Sequence record: OK272486.1
Source: Escherichia phage JLBYU10
Length of the DNA stretch: 50,987 nt
Reading direction: 5' to 3' (one strand)
This document shows, piece after piece, positions 16,965 through 25,279 of this stretch. The first letter of the stretch is position 1, and every line of letters begins with the position of its first letter. The position numbers were made by a program, and so were the translations under genes. The notes below the pieces were generated by a model. That model was not told the DNA's origin, did not search any database, and worked only from the letters and a program-made list of their open reading frames with translations.

Positions 16965-17003
16965 CACTTTTTGTTAAAACTCAAATGTGGGGCCAGGTAT
17001 AAT
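16961..17003 (+). promoter_or_regulatory. Motif-type promoter-like unit: ATAGCACTTTTTGTTAAAAC, hairpin GGGCC..GGCCC, TATAAT
   Basis: Motif overlaps TAG stop of lipoprotein gene; TATAAT in hairpin loop 21 bp after TTGTTA. Confidence 0.5.
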
Positions 17004-17033
17004 GGCCCTACTTTCAACGAAGGAGATAAAACG

Positions 17034-17255
17034 ATGTACATTAAAAAGAAGATGAAATGCGTTTCCGTTAACTATGCTTGCTCCGGCATGTTCAAGCCTG
17101 GCGAAATCTATACGGCGCAAAAACTGAAATCATCAACCGGATCTTTTTACGTGAGCAATAGTAAGGGGCATCGCATGTTCCTGAACGGCGGCGAAGGCAC
17201 TAAGGTTATGGCACACGCTATGGTAATGGCTGAATTTGAGGAAGTGAAACAATGA
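17034..17255 (+). CDS. small hypothetical protein, paralog A
   Basis: ORF 16971..17255 trimmed to Met with AAGGAGA RBS; shares FxLNGxEGTK..A...V.AEFExV with next ORF. Confidence 0.45.
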   Translation: MYIKKKMKCVSVNYACSGMFKPGEIYTAQKLKSSTGSFYVSNSKGHRMFLNGGEGTKVMAHAMVMAEFEEVKQ

Positions 17256-17485
17256 TCATTGAAAACAATTTTCTTTGCGTTAAGAGCAATAGACCATTCT
17301 TCACGCCTGGCAAGGTGTACCAGGGCAAGAAGGACAAAAGAGATGGTCACTCTTATCATGTTTACTGCAACAACGGATACAAGTTTTACCTTAACGGCGA
17401 GAATGGAACTAAGATCGTTGCGTTTGAAAACGTAGTTGCAGAGTTCGAGCAGGTTACAGACGCTGAATTTGAGGAAGTGCAATAA
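17252..17485 (+). CDS. small hypothetical protein, paralog B
   Basis: ORF track; tandem paralog of previous gene. Confidence 0.45.
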   Translation: MIIENNFLCVKSNRPFFTPGKVYQGKKDKRDGHSYHVYCNNGYKFYLNGENGTKIVAFENVVAEFEQVTDAEFEEVQ

Positions 17486-17667
17486 TGGATGATTTTACTC
17501 GGCTTGTTCTAGGCTGGATTGTTTTTCTTTTTGCGTGGCTTATCCACTGTGCGAGGCATAAATTCAGACTGAGCTATGATAATTCATTCGTTATGACCTG
17601 CTTCAGTATTCCAGGATGGATCATTTTGCTTGTGGCTACTGCTGAATACATCCATAAAACATTTTAA
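17485..17667 (+). CDS. small membrane protein
   Basis: ORF track; two hydrophobic segments. Confidence 0.4.
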   Translation: MDDFTRLVLGWIVFLFAWLIHCARHKFRLSYDNSFVMTCFSIPGWIILLVATAEYIHKTF

Positions 17668-17677
17668 GGATTAATAT

Positions 17678-18217
17678 ATGAAAAAATACACTTTCGAACT
17701 ATGGGGCAAGAAATACGAATTAATGACCAGCAAGCCGATTGTTGTGTGCGATCTCGACGGCACGCTATCGGACGGATCGCATCGTTTGCATTTGCTGCCA
17801 ACTGAAAACTTGCACCTTACGGAATCGTGGAGCGAATTTAACAGGGCCGCCGCCGGAGATTCACCGATTAAAAGCACGATCGCGGTTATTAACGGTTTAT
17901 GGGTGTCGGGATTTGCCATCGTCATCTTGACCGGACGCAGCGACGAGGTTCGCTATGAAACCTGCAAATGGTTGAATGAGAACGGCGTGAAGTTTGACGA
18001 AATCATCATGCGCCGCCAGGAGGACAACCGAAAGGATACTGTTATTAAAGAAGAAGCCTTGCGCGCTATTGGCCTGGACAACATTGTTTGCGCCTTTGAC
18101 GATTCGCCGAACGTGGTTAAGCACTTCCGCAGCTTGGGGATCACAACCTATCAGGTCACGGAATACGACAAGCCACACGCTCACCTGCAATCTCACGGCG
18201 TGGAGTGTTTAAAATGA
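17678..18217 (+). CDS. HAD-family phosphatase (polynucleotide 3'-phosphatase-like)
   Basis: DLDGTL motif I of HAD superfamily near N-terminus; further acidic motifs. Confidence 0.55.
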   Translation: MKKYTFELWGKKYELMTSKPIVVCDLDGTLSDGSHRLHLLPTENLHLTESWSEFNRAAAGDSPIKSTIAVINGLWVSGFAIVILTGRSDEVRYETCKWLNENGVKFDEIIMRRQEDNRKDTVIKEEALRAIGLDNIVCAFDDSPNVVKHFRSLGITTYQVTEYDKPHAHLQSHGVECLK

Positions 18218-18375
18218 CTTGGTTGCTTTTAATCTTTGTCACAAGTTACAACTCCGCAGCTATTGAGTCGCAGGAGTTCCACGGCGAATCAAGATGCCAG
18301 GAAGCGCGAAAGCAAGTTGTTCTCCACATGTCAGATAGTGGTAAGGATGTAACAGCGTTATGCGTTCGTAAATAG
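18214..18375 (+). CDS. small hypothetical protein (53 aa), not in ORF track
   Basis: Hand translation MTWLLLIFVTSYNSAAIESQEF...; ATGA overlap upstream; TAG stop embedded in motif. Confidence 0.3.
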   Translation: MTWLLLIFVTSYNSAAIESQEFHGESRCQEARKQVVLHMSDSGKDVTALCVRK

Positions 18376-18415
18376 CACTTTTTGCAAAAACAGATTATCG
18401 GGCTTGCGGTATAGT
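18372..18415 (+). promoter_or_regulatory. Motif-type promoter-like unit: ATAGCACTTTTTGCAAAAAC, hairpin GGGCTT..AAGCCC, TATAGT
   Basis: Motif overlaps TAG stop; -10-like hexamer in hairpin loop, 22-bp spacer. Confidence 0.5.
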
Positions 18416-18446
18416 AAGCCCATAAACAACAAACGAGGATTAAATC

Positions 18447-18710
18447 ATGGCTAACAAGATTGAGTTTTTTAAAGCGGTGGACGTTATCGACGGCGAGCCT
18501 AGCTTCTTTGCTATCCATTCTATTGACGGCAAGGATATTGGGTACGACGTTATCCGTCGAGATGGAATCTCAAAACTTAGTGACCTGGTAGGCTATATTG
18601 TGTCAAACGGAAAATGCGCATGGCCCGATTCGCCACGAGAGCCACGCCGCCGCAACATGATTGATCCTGAATTGCTTTACACGCTGGTAGTAGAGGGAGA
18701 AAATAAATGA
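18447..18710 (+). CDS. hypothetical protein
   Basis: ORF track; ACGAGGA RBS. Confidence 0.45.
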   Translation: MANKIEFFKAVDVIDGEPSFFAIHSIDGKDIGYDVIRRDGISKLSDLVGYIVSNGKCAWPDSPREPRRRNMIDPELLYTLVVEGENK

Positions 18711-18892
18711 TTTGGTTACTTGCTTTTTTGGTTGTTTTTCTTTACATTTCAGGCTTGTTTACGTTCCGTGCGTTGGTGAAATATTCTGACGCGACAGACA
18801 AGGACGATAAAATCGTTCTCGCTTTCTGGTTTGTTTGGGTATGGTTAGCAATTTACGAGATCATCAGAGACAAACAGAAATTTGAGTGGTGA
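18707..18892 (+). CDS. small membrane protein
   Basis: ORF track; hydrophobic. Confidence 0.4.
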   Translation: MIWLLAFLVVFLYISGLFTFRALVKYSDATDKDDKIVLAFWFVWVWLAIYEIIRDKQKFEW

Positions 18893-18950
18893 TTCTTGCT
18901 ATGGCGCATTCATGCAGTGCGCCATGTTGAGAAAACCTAAAGGGGGGGGA

Positions 18951-19103
18951 ATGATGCGTAACTTTGAAAAAATCATTACCAAAAAGAAGCGTCGCGGGTA
19001 CGATGAGCATGTGGAGCTTGTGAAAAAGCAACGCAAGAAGCGCAACGAAGACAAGAAGCGCGGGAAAAAAATTAATGCGATTTTTCGCTATGGAGATCAT
19101 TAA
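18951..19103 (+). CDS. small basic protein
   Basis: ORF 18882..19103 trimmed to Met after G-rich RBS; Lys/Arg-rich. Confidence 0.3.
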   Translation: MMRNFEKIITKKKRRGYDEHVELVKKQRKKRNEDKKRGKKINAIFRYGDH

Positions 19104-19105
19104 TC

Positions 19106-19696
19106 ATGAAACGAGACATTATCATCCTTAATGGGCCGCCAGGTTGCGGGAAGGACACTATTGCAGCTTACCTAACGGGCCATCGTTACCCAGCGGTCAA
19201 GGCGTCATTCAAACAGCCGATGTTCGATATTGCTTTTTCTATGCTGGGCGTGTACCGATACGATGAATTTATGGACCTGTACAACGACCGAGAGCAAAAA
19301 GAAAAGCCTCAAGTTATCTTAGGCGGCAAGTCACCTCGACAATTCATGATCTGGATTAGTGAGGATGTAATGAAGCCAGTTTTTGGGGAGCAGTATTTCG
19401 GGCGTCGAATGGTTGAAGAGATTCACGAGATGTACCGAGATTTGGCGGTTGTGATCAGTGATGGCGGATTCCCCGAAGAAATCAAGCCGCTTGTTAAGGC
19501 AGGGCATGAAGTGCATATTTGCCGATTGCATCGCGACGGCTTCACGTTTGCTGGCGATTCGAGAGACTACATTGACCTGAGCGGTTATCACTATCGAATC
19601 CATCACTATGACTTCCACTTGCAGGACGGCAAGCCGGAACTGGCTGTAAACGAGATCGTCAATACTGTCAAATGGAAGCACACACAGATTAAATAG
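19106..19696 (+). CDS. P-loop nucleotide/polynucleotide kinase-like protein
   Basis: Walker A GPPGCGKDT at N-terminus, adenylate-kinase-like. Confidence 0.55.
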   Translation: MKRDIIILNGPPGCGKDTIAAYLTGHRYPAVKASFKQPMFDIAFSMLGVYRYDEFMDLYNDREQKEKPQVILGGKSPRQFMIWISEDVMKPVFGEQYFGRRMVEEIHEMYRDLAVVISDGGFPEEIKPLVKAGHEVHICRLHRDGFTFAGDSRDYIDLSGYHYRIHHYDFHLQDGKPELAVNEIVNTVKWKHTQIK

Positions 19697-19736
19697 CACG
19701 AATTGCTAAACGCGGGGTTATCGGCCCCGCTATAAT
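19693..19736 (+). promoter_or_regulatory. Motif-type promoter-like unit (degenerate motif ATAGCACGAATTGCTAAAC), hairpin GCGGGG..CCCCGC, TATAAT
   Basis: Motif overlaps TAG stop of kinase gene; 22-bp spacer. Confidence 0.45.
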
Positions 19737-19766
19737 GCGCACATCAACAATCAAGAGGAAATCACA

Positions 19767-20147
19767 ATGGTTAACATCAGAAAAATTCGCGTCGGCACTA
19801 AATTCTTAGTTACTTACGCAATTCCAGATAGCGGAATGAAGAAGGGCCAGATTGTTAAGGTTGATAGCAAAAGATTCGGAATCCCTGGCATCAATGGCTA
19901 TCTAATCAATAAAGATCTTGGATTCGGCGGCTTCGCTATCCGTTCGCTTGATGGTATTGTTGCTACCCTCAAGCAAATCACTAACCATCGCGGCTGCCCA
20001 ATCAAGACGATTAAAGCGCCAACCAATTACGGCAAACTGGATAATCGTCGAATCCGCCGCCTGGCGCGTAACGCGTTAAAATTCCGTGGCGTAGGCGATG
20101 ATTTCTACTATGGTTACAAGAGGATCGCGCGCAATGCTGGGAAATAA
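19767..20147 (+). CDS. hypothetical protein
   Basis: ORF track. Confidence 0.45.
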   Translation: MVNIRKIRVGTKFLVTYAIPDSGMKKGQIVKVDSKRFGIPGINGYLINKDLGFGGFAIRSLDGIVATLKQITNHRGCPIKTIKAPTNYGKLDNRRIRRLARNALKFRGVGDDFYYGYKRIARNAGK

Positions 20148-20174
20148 CAATAACGCAACGAATCCTAAGCCACC

Positions 20175-20209
20175 TTTTGATTTTCATTCCGCAATGATTG
20201 CGGTATTAT
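20175..20209 (+). promoter_or_regulatory. Promoter-like unit without the motif: TTGATT, 21-bp spacer containing perfect palindrome CCGCAATGATTGCGG, TATTAT
   Basis: Same hairpin-in-spacer design as motif units. Confidence 0.35.
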
Positions 20210-20246
20210 CAATGCTACTTTTTCTTTATAGCATGAGGGCGCTACT

Positions 20247-20495
20247 ATGGTTTTTAACGCATTGAAACGACTGTTTAAGCCGGAATACCGGATCGTATTT
20301 TGCCGAGACTGTTCTACTTATCATGTGCAGCGACGCAGCTTAGGCGGCAATTGGCACTATGTTACAGACGACTTTTTCGGCATTATTGCCACTGAATTTA
20401 AGTATTACAGCGATGCTTATATGTACGTCAAGAAGCGCCACCGCTTACGCAAGTGTCGTTTTTCCGTGCTGATTCACGTTAATGATTGTTACTGA
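20247..20495 (+). CDS. hypothetical protein
   Basis: ORF track. Confidence 0.4.
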   Translation: MVFNALKRLFKPEYRIVFCRDCSTYHVQRRSLGGNWHYVTDDFFGIIATEFKYYSDAYMYVKKRHRLRKCRFSVLIHVNDCY

Positions 20496-20502
20496 GGTTA
20501 AA

Positions 20503-20685
20503 ATGAAAACTGGTATTATTATTCTTTTCCTGATCCTTTTCGGCAGTCATTTAACCATTAACTATGAGGGCATTATGGCCTTTTGGGGCAACTTGATGGT
20601 TTTTGCCGCTGGTTCAATTACTGGCTACTCTGACGGGAAAAAGGACGGCGTTCGCAAGATGCTGATGGGACTTAAACAAAAATAA
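20503..20685 (+). CDS. small membrane protein
   Basis: ORF 20482..20685 trimmed to Met with GAGG RBS. Confidence 0.35.
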   Translation: MKTGIIILFLILFGSHLTINYEGIMAFWGNLMVFAAGSITGYSDGKKDGVRKMLMGLKQK

Positions 20686-20696
20686 GGGGATCTGAA

Positions 20697-20987
20697 ATGG
20701 CAAACAAAACTTACCGCAAACTACTGGTTAACGCTTTTGAAAACATCGCGCAGTGTAACAAGTGGAACGACTCTAAACACTCGCCAGTCACAATGAAGCG
20801 CGCCGGATTCAAAAATGCTCGTTCATGGGCGCGAGCTTTCGCAGCTTGCTATATGCCGGATGGCGGACTAGGGGCGATGAACGATTTTTTGATCAATATG
20901 ATAGAGGAAGCGGCGCGAGAGGATCGACCGCTGACACAGCGAGATTTTGACGACTTCGCGCGCGATGAGCTTTACTATCTGAGCTAA
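20697..20987 (+). CDS. hypothetical protein
   Basis: ORF track. Confidence 0.45.
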   Translation: MANKTYRKLLVNAFENIAQCNKWNDSKHSPVTMKRAGFKNARSWARAFAACYMPDGGLGAMNDFLINMIEEAAREDRPLTQRDFDDFARDELYYLS

Positions 20988-21030
20988 TAGCACTTTTTGT
21001 TAAAACTTCCGCAAGGGCATTTGGTAAAGT
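20987..21030 (+). promoter_or_regulatory. Motif-type promoter-like unit: ATAGCACTTTTTGTTAAAAC, hairpin AAGGGCA..TGCCCTT, TAAAGT
   Basis: Motif abuts TAA stop; -10-like hexamer inside hairpin, 22-bp spacer. Confidence 0.45.
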
Positions 21031-21062
21031 GCCCTTATTGAAGCGAAACAGAGGAAAGCGCA

Positions 21063-21275
21063 ATGAAAATCAAAATCACCAAAATCGACACTATCAACGG
21101 CGACGGATCAATCACTCTTGAGCAATGTGGCCTGGTTGTTGGTGATGTGCTGGAAGTTGACGGACATTTCAGCGACGGATCTTATTGTGTTATTGCGCCG
21201 CGTAACAGCGAGTTTATCAAGGCTGGCGATAATATTAGTGTTAACCATGACGAATGCGAGGTAGTAGAAGAATGA
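21063..21275 (+). CDS. hypothetical protein
   Basis: ORF track. Confidence 0.45.
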   Translation: MKIKITKIDTINGDGSITLEQCGLVVGDVLEVDGHFSDGSYCVIAPRNSEFIKAGDNISVNHDECEVVEE

Positions 21276-21535
21276 TCACGATTAACCTGTCAGAGCAGCA
21301 AGCGCGCATTATGTTGTCGGCCTTCGGTTGGCGAGACAATGACGGTTTACAGGCTACAGTTAAAATTTATGAGCCAGTGGCGCGTGAAGTTTTCAGCCAG
21401 CTAGAACACGCATTTGATCCTGCTGGGACTGAGCAAGCGGAAACTGCCGCTTGGTTCGGAGAGAACGGATACAGAGATCAGCAAGTCGAAAACTGGAAGC
21501 GAATAAACGAGACTATGGAGGAATCAGGTTTATGA
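21272..21535 (+). CDS. hypothetical protein
   Basis: ORF 21254..21535 trimmed to Met overlapping upstream stop. Confidence 0.4.
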   Translation: MITINLSEQQARIMLSAFGWRDNDGLQATVKIYEPVAREVFSQLEHAFDPAGTEQAETAAWFGENGYRDQQVENWKRINETMEESGL

Positions 21536-21846
21536 TTTACATTCACTACTACCAAATCGGAACTAACGAGAACAAAAAAGAGCATCGTTTCATCCACGAT
21601 GATTTGGACAAGGCAAAGGCCCAGCAACAGGTTTTAGGCGGCGTTATTCAGGCTTTTGAGCCTGTGGAAGATATTGAGCACCGCGAGCATTTAAAAGATG
21701 TTGTTATTGATGAGATCTCTTGCTTGATTGATGATATGACAAATCACGGCCCTGGTTCCCCGTGGGAAGACGCAGGATCTGTAACGTGGGACAAGGCCAA
21801 AATTAAGACGCTAAACAACTTTCGAGAGATTCTCGACGGTTTTTAA
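21532..21846 (+). CDS. hypothetical protein
   Basis: ORF 21451..21846 trimmed to Met with GGAGGAA RBS, ATGA overlap. Confidence 0.4.
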   Translation: MIYIHYYQIGTNENKKEHRFIHDDLDKAKAQQQVLGGVIQAFEPVEDIEHREHLKDVVIDEISCLIDDMTNHGPGSPWEDAGSVTWDKAKIKTLNNFREILDGF

Positions 21847-22044
21847 TTAAAAACGCATAGCCGTTAGAGCGCCCAAATCGCATTCTAACGAGCTATTTTT
21901 CTGGTAAGGTGATTTAATGGATGAGTACAAACAACCTTCGCAGTGGTGCAAAGAGAAGCAAGAAGAGGCACTGGAGCGCGGAGATGTGGAAGAAGCTATG
22001 AACTATTTCAAACTTGCGGAAGAATGGAAGGGGAGAGGATACTG

Positions 22045-22275
22045 ATGTTCGGCATGAATGAGGCGCAATTCAACGCAGCTAAACGCCAGGCTAAAAAGTG
22101 CGGCGAGGCGATGAAAGCGGATGTGGAAAAGCGCGGGAAGTATGTTGATGAAGTAATGAAGGGCATCATTGCAGAACACTACCAGCCAATCGCGCCAATG
22201 TTGACGATCACTCAATTCATTTGGCTATGTGGTTACTTGCGTGGACGTTGGGGGAACGCTTTCGACAGGGAATGA
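22045..22275 (+). CDS. hypothetical protein
   Basis: ORF 21943..22275 trimmed to Met with GGGAGAGGA RBS. Confidence 0.35.
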   Translation: MFGMNEAQFNAAKRQAKKCGEAMKADVEKRGKYVDEVMKGIIAEHYQPIAPMLTITQFIWLCGYLRGRWGNAFDRE

Positions 22276-22437
22276 TTGACAACTCTTTCCTGATTGGTTA
22301 GCATGGCGTCGTTTACATAAGAGCGGCTTAGTCCGAACGCGTGACGCGATAGTCACACAACAACGGCGATATGCAGGAGGTTTTTGCATTGCAAAATAAT
22401 CCGTAAGACGTATCGCCTTTTTTAATGGAGATCCAAA

Positions 22438-22671
22438 ATGATTAAATACGAATTAACCGTTTCTTTCCGTGATACCGTTATTCATCCTTTCCTCAAGAGC
22501 TTTGTTAAATGCTTTACGGTAGAAGTTACAGAGGATCAGCTAGACGGTGACGAAACTTGCATTTCTATCGGCAATGTTGCTTATCCGATTCACAACATTA
22601 CCAGCATTAAGCGTGAGGTTGTCGCTGATGAATTACAAAGTGAAGATGACGATCCGGCGAATGGGGCGTAA
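22438..22671 (+). CDS. hypothetical protein
   Basis: ORF track. Confidence 0.4.
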   Translation: MIKYELTVSFRDTVIHPFLKSFVKCFTVEVTEDQLDGDETCISIGNVAYPIHNITSIKREVVADELQSEDDDPANGA

Positions 22672-22813
22672 TTGCCAATCATGCAAACAGGAATATGAAT
22701 GCGTAGTTGATGCTCTTGATGAACTGGAAGCAGTAGCAAAAGCAAAAGAGCAATCGGGCGCTAATCCTGAAACACATCAATTTTCAATTAACCTTGTGAG
22801 GACTTTACAATGA
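22661..22813 (+). CDS. small Cys-rich hypothetical protein
   Basis: ORF 22547..22813 trimmed to Met; CQSCKQEYEC. Confidence 0.25.
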   Translation: MGRNCQSCKQEYECVVDALDELEAVAKAKEQSGANPETHQFSINLVRTLQ

Positions 22814-23034
22814 TCGCATTATCTTTCTGCATTGGTTTTATCATGGCTATCATTATCTTTTCCGTTGTCATGCGCTTTGCTTATAAGTTCGTTATTAATA
22901 AAGGCTGGTACGCTTCTGCAATCTGGAGCGAAAAACAAAAGAAATGGCTTGTCCGTGGTCAATACCTGACAATCGGTAGCAAGATCCTTAATTCCATTCG
23001 AGCCAAAGATGGAAAAGTAAAATACACAGCTTAA
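22810..23034 (+). CDS. small membrane protein
   Basis: ORF track; hydrophobic N-terminal helix. Confidence 0.4.
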   Translation: MIALSFCIGFIMAIIIFSVVMRFAYKFVINKGWYASAIWSEKQKKWLVRGQYLTIGSKILNSIRAKDGKVKYTA

Positions 23035-23036
23035 AA

Positions 23037-23064
23037 ATCACCCGCCGAACGGCGGGTTTTTTTA
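23037..23064 (+). terminator. rho-independent terminator ending the early block
   Basis: CCCGCC..GGCGGG stem followed by T7. Confidence 0.6.
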
Positions 23065-23076
23065 TTGCCCGTTGTC

Positions 23077-23085
23077 TGGTATAAT
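23077..23085 (+). promoter_or_regulatory. extended -10 promoter-like element (TGGTATAAT) before terminase genes
   Basis: TGnTATAAT match ~29 bp upstream of TerS start. Confidence 0.35.
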
Positions 23086-23113
23086 CAGGTATCTAACCAA
23101 AGGAGGATTAACA

Positions 23114-23641
23114 ATGGCTAAAAACGTTGAGCCTGCTGTAAAGGCATTAAATTTCAAAGAGTTATACAATAAAACTTATGGCGATATTGTTACGCTAAAT
23201 AACCGCCACAAGTACACGCCGGAACAGGTTTTTGATATGGCGATCCGCTATTTCACTTGGGCCGAAGAGAATCACATCCAGGCGGCTGAAACTGCTTCCT
23301 TTCAGGGTGACGTGTACGAGAGCAGAGTTTACAAGCCTCGCGTTTTCACGGTTAACGGATTCAGCTTGTATCTAGGCGTTACCGAGGCGGCTGTAAGCAA
23401 GTGGCGTAAAGAGCCTGGATTCTGCGATGTGATGGAGTTTGTTGATAAAGTAATTTACGAGCAAAAATTCCAGCTTGCGGCAAACAACATGATTAACGCT
23501 GGATTCATCGGTAAAGAGATCGGAGTAGAGAAGCCAGCGACAGTGAGCGTTGAGGCGAGCGCGGCAGCTAATGCAAGCATTGACGCAGTAACTGCCGATG
23601 AGGTGAAAGAGGCCGTGATTGATATTCTGGAGCAACTTTAA
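23114..23641 (+). CDS. terminase small subunit (putative)
   Basis: ORF 23072..23641 trimmed to Met with AAAGGAGG RBS; directly upstream of TerL. Confidence 0.5.
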   Translation: MAKNVEPAVKALNFKELYNKTYGDIVTLNNRHKYTPEQVFDMAIRYFTWAEENHIQAAETASFQGDVYESRVYKPRVFTVNGFSLYLGVTEAAVSKWRKEPGFCDVMEFVDKVIYEQKFQLAANNMINAGFIGKEIGVEKPATVSVEASAAANASIDAVTADEVKEAVIDILEQL

Positions 23642-25209
23642 TGATCATATGGGAAGATTTGACGGCGGCGCAAAAGCGAGCCATTAAAGAAATCAGTGAG
23701 CATTCATTCGAAAAGATGATCAGAATCTGGTTCCAATTATTGCAGGGGCAAAAATTCCAGAGCAACTGGCATTTTAGCTTATTGTGCAGTGAGGTAGAGA
23801 AGATCATCAATGGAGAGTCGCAGAATGTGATTTTCAACATTACGCCAGGTAGCGGCAAGACTGAGATTTTCTCGATCCACATGTCACCCTACGCGTCATT
23901 GAAAAGCCGGAAAGTGAGAAACCTTAACCTTTCGTTTAGTGATGGCCTTGTCCAGCAAAACAGCAACCGGATAAAGGAGATTATTGGTTCTCCTGAGTGG
24001 CAAGAGCTATGGCCTGGAAAACTGGCAAAGGCGAGCGCTAAAGATCTGATAGTCACCGAAGGCGGCAAGGTTAAATTGCAGGTTAACTCACGTTCTATTG
24101 GCGGCCAGGTAACAGGTTTGCGTGGCGGCTATATGGATGATGGTTTTACTGGTATGCTGGTTCTTGACGATCCAGACAAGCCGTATGATATGCTTTCTAA
24201 GGTCAAGCGCGAGGCTATTCACATGCGGTTAAAAAACACAGTGCGATCGCGTCGAATGAAAGACACCACGCCGATTGTTATGGTGCAACAGCGACTACAC
24301 GTTAATGATTCCACCTGGTTCATGCTTAATGGCGGAATGGGTGGTATTGAGTTTAAAGTCGTGAGCATTCCGGCGCTGGTTACGAAAGAATACCGCGAAA
24401 CGCTTCCTGATTGGTTGAAGCCTGAATTTGATCGTGATGTGCTGTCAAGTAAGCCAGTGATGATAGATGGCGTTGCTCATTATTCATTTTGGCCTGCGAA
24501 GGAAAGCGCGGAGGAATTGCTTGCATTGCGCAATGCAGATCCTTATACGTTCGCCAGTCAGTACCAACAGCAGCCAATCGCGCTGGGCGGGAACGTGTTT
24601 AAAACAGAGTGGTTCCAGTATTACGGCAGCGGCGAAAAATGCGCACTTCCTAAACCGGATCGCTTTGAATACACATTTATCACTGGAGATACCGCACAGA
24701 AGGCCGGAGAGCTTAACGACTATTCGGTTTTTTGTTATTGGGGGATGTATAAGAATCGCGTTTACTTCATTGATGGCATTCGCGGAAAGTGGGAAGCGCC
24801 GGATCTTGAATTAAATTTTATTGCCTTCGTTAACCAGTGCTGGAAGCGCAATAAGGAGTGTGGCAGCTTGCGACGTATCCACATTGAGGATAAGGCCAGC
24901 GGCACGGGTTTGATTCAGGGGGCCAAAAAGAAGATCCCGATTGATATAAATCCCGTTCAGCGAAGCAATGACAAGGTGACGCGAGCAATGGACGCCGCGC
25001 CAGTAATGAGGGCCGGACGTGTGGCACTGCCAGAAAATCACCCCATGCTGCCTGAGATACTGGCAGAGGTTGCAGCATTCACTTTTGATGATTCTCATCC
25101 CCATGATGATATTGTCGATAATATAGTTGATGCTGTTAACGTCGAAATGAACTTGGCAGATGATCCGGTGGCAAGGATGAAAAAGCTGGCTGGTCTACGC
25201 AATAAATAG
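23641..25209 (+). CDS. terminase large subunit
   Basis: 522 aa; Walker A-like PGSGKTE, Walker B-like LVLDDPD; position before portal. Confidence 0.75.
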   Translation: MIIWEDLTAAQKRAIKEISEHSFEKMIRIWFQLLQGQKFQSNWHFSLLCSEVEKIINGESQNVIFNITPGSGKTEIFSIHMSPYASLKSRKVRNLNLSFSDGLVQQNSNRIKEIIGSPEWQELWPGKLAKASAKDLIVTEGGKVKLQVNSRSIGGQVTGLRGGYMDDGFTGMLVLDDPDKPYDMLSKVKREAIHMRLKNTVRSRRMKDTTPIVMVQQRLHVNDSTWFMLNGGMGGIEFKVVSIPALVTKEYRETLPDWLKPEFDRDVLSSKPVMIDGVAHYSFWPAKESAEELLALRNADPYTFASQYQQQPIALGGNVFKTEWFQYYGSGEKCALPKPDRFEYTFITGDTAQKAGELNDYSVFCYWGMYKNRVYFIDGIRGKWEAPDLELNFIAFVNQCWKRNKECGSLRRIHIEDKASGTGLIQGAKKKIPIDINPVQRSNDKVTRAMDAAPVMRAGRVALPENHPMLPEILAEVAAFTFDDSHPHDDIVDNIVDAVNVEMNLADDPVARMKKLAGLRNK

Positions 25210-25226
25210 CACTAATTGCCAAAAAG
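25206..25226 (+). repeat. degenerate motif copy (ATAGCACTAATTGCCAAAAAG) followed by terminator
   Basis: Overlaps TAG stop of TerL; lacks -10 at canonical spacing. Confidence 0.4.
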
Positions 25227-25236
25227 TTATATAATC

Positions 25237-25263
25237 AAGGCTGGATTTTTCCAGCCTTTTTTA
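25237..25263 (+). terminator. rho-independent terminator
   Basis: GGCTGG..CCAGCC stem followed by T-run. Confidence 0.55.
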
Positions 25264-25279
25264 TTATGGAGATTTGACG

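Noticed and set aside
23072-23113. Longer TerS start at 23072
   Set aside because: The first Met lies inside the terminator/promoter region; the Met at 23114 has a strong AAAGGAGG RBS.
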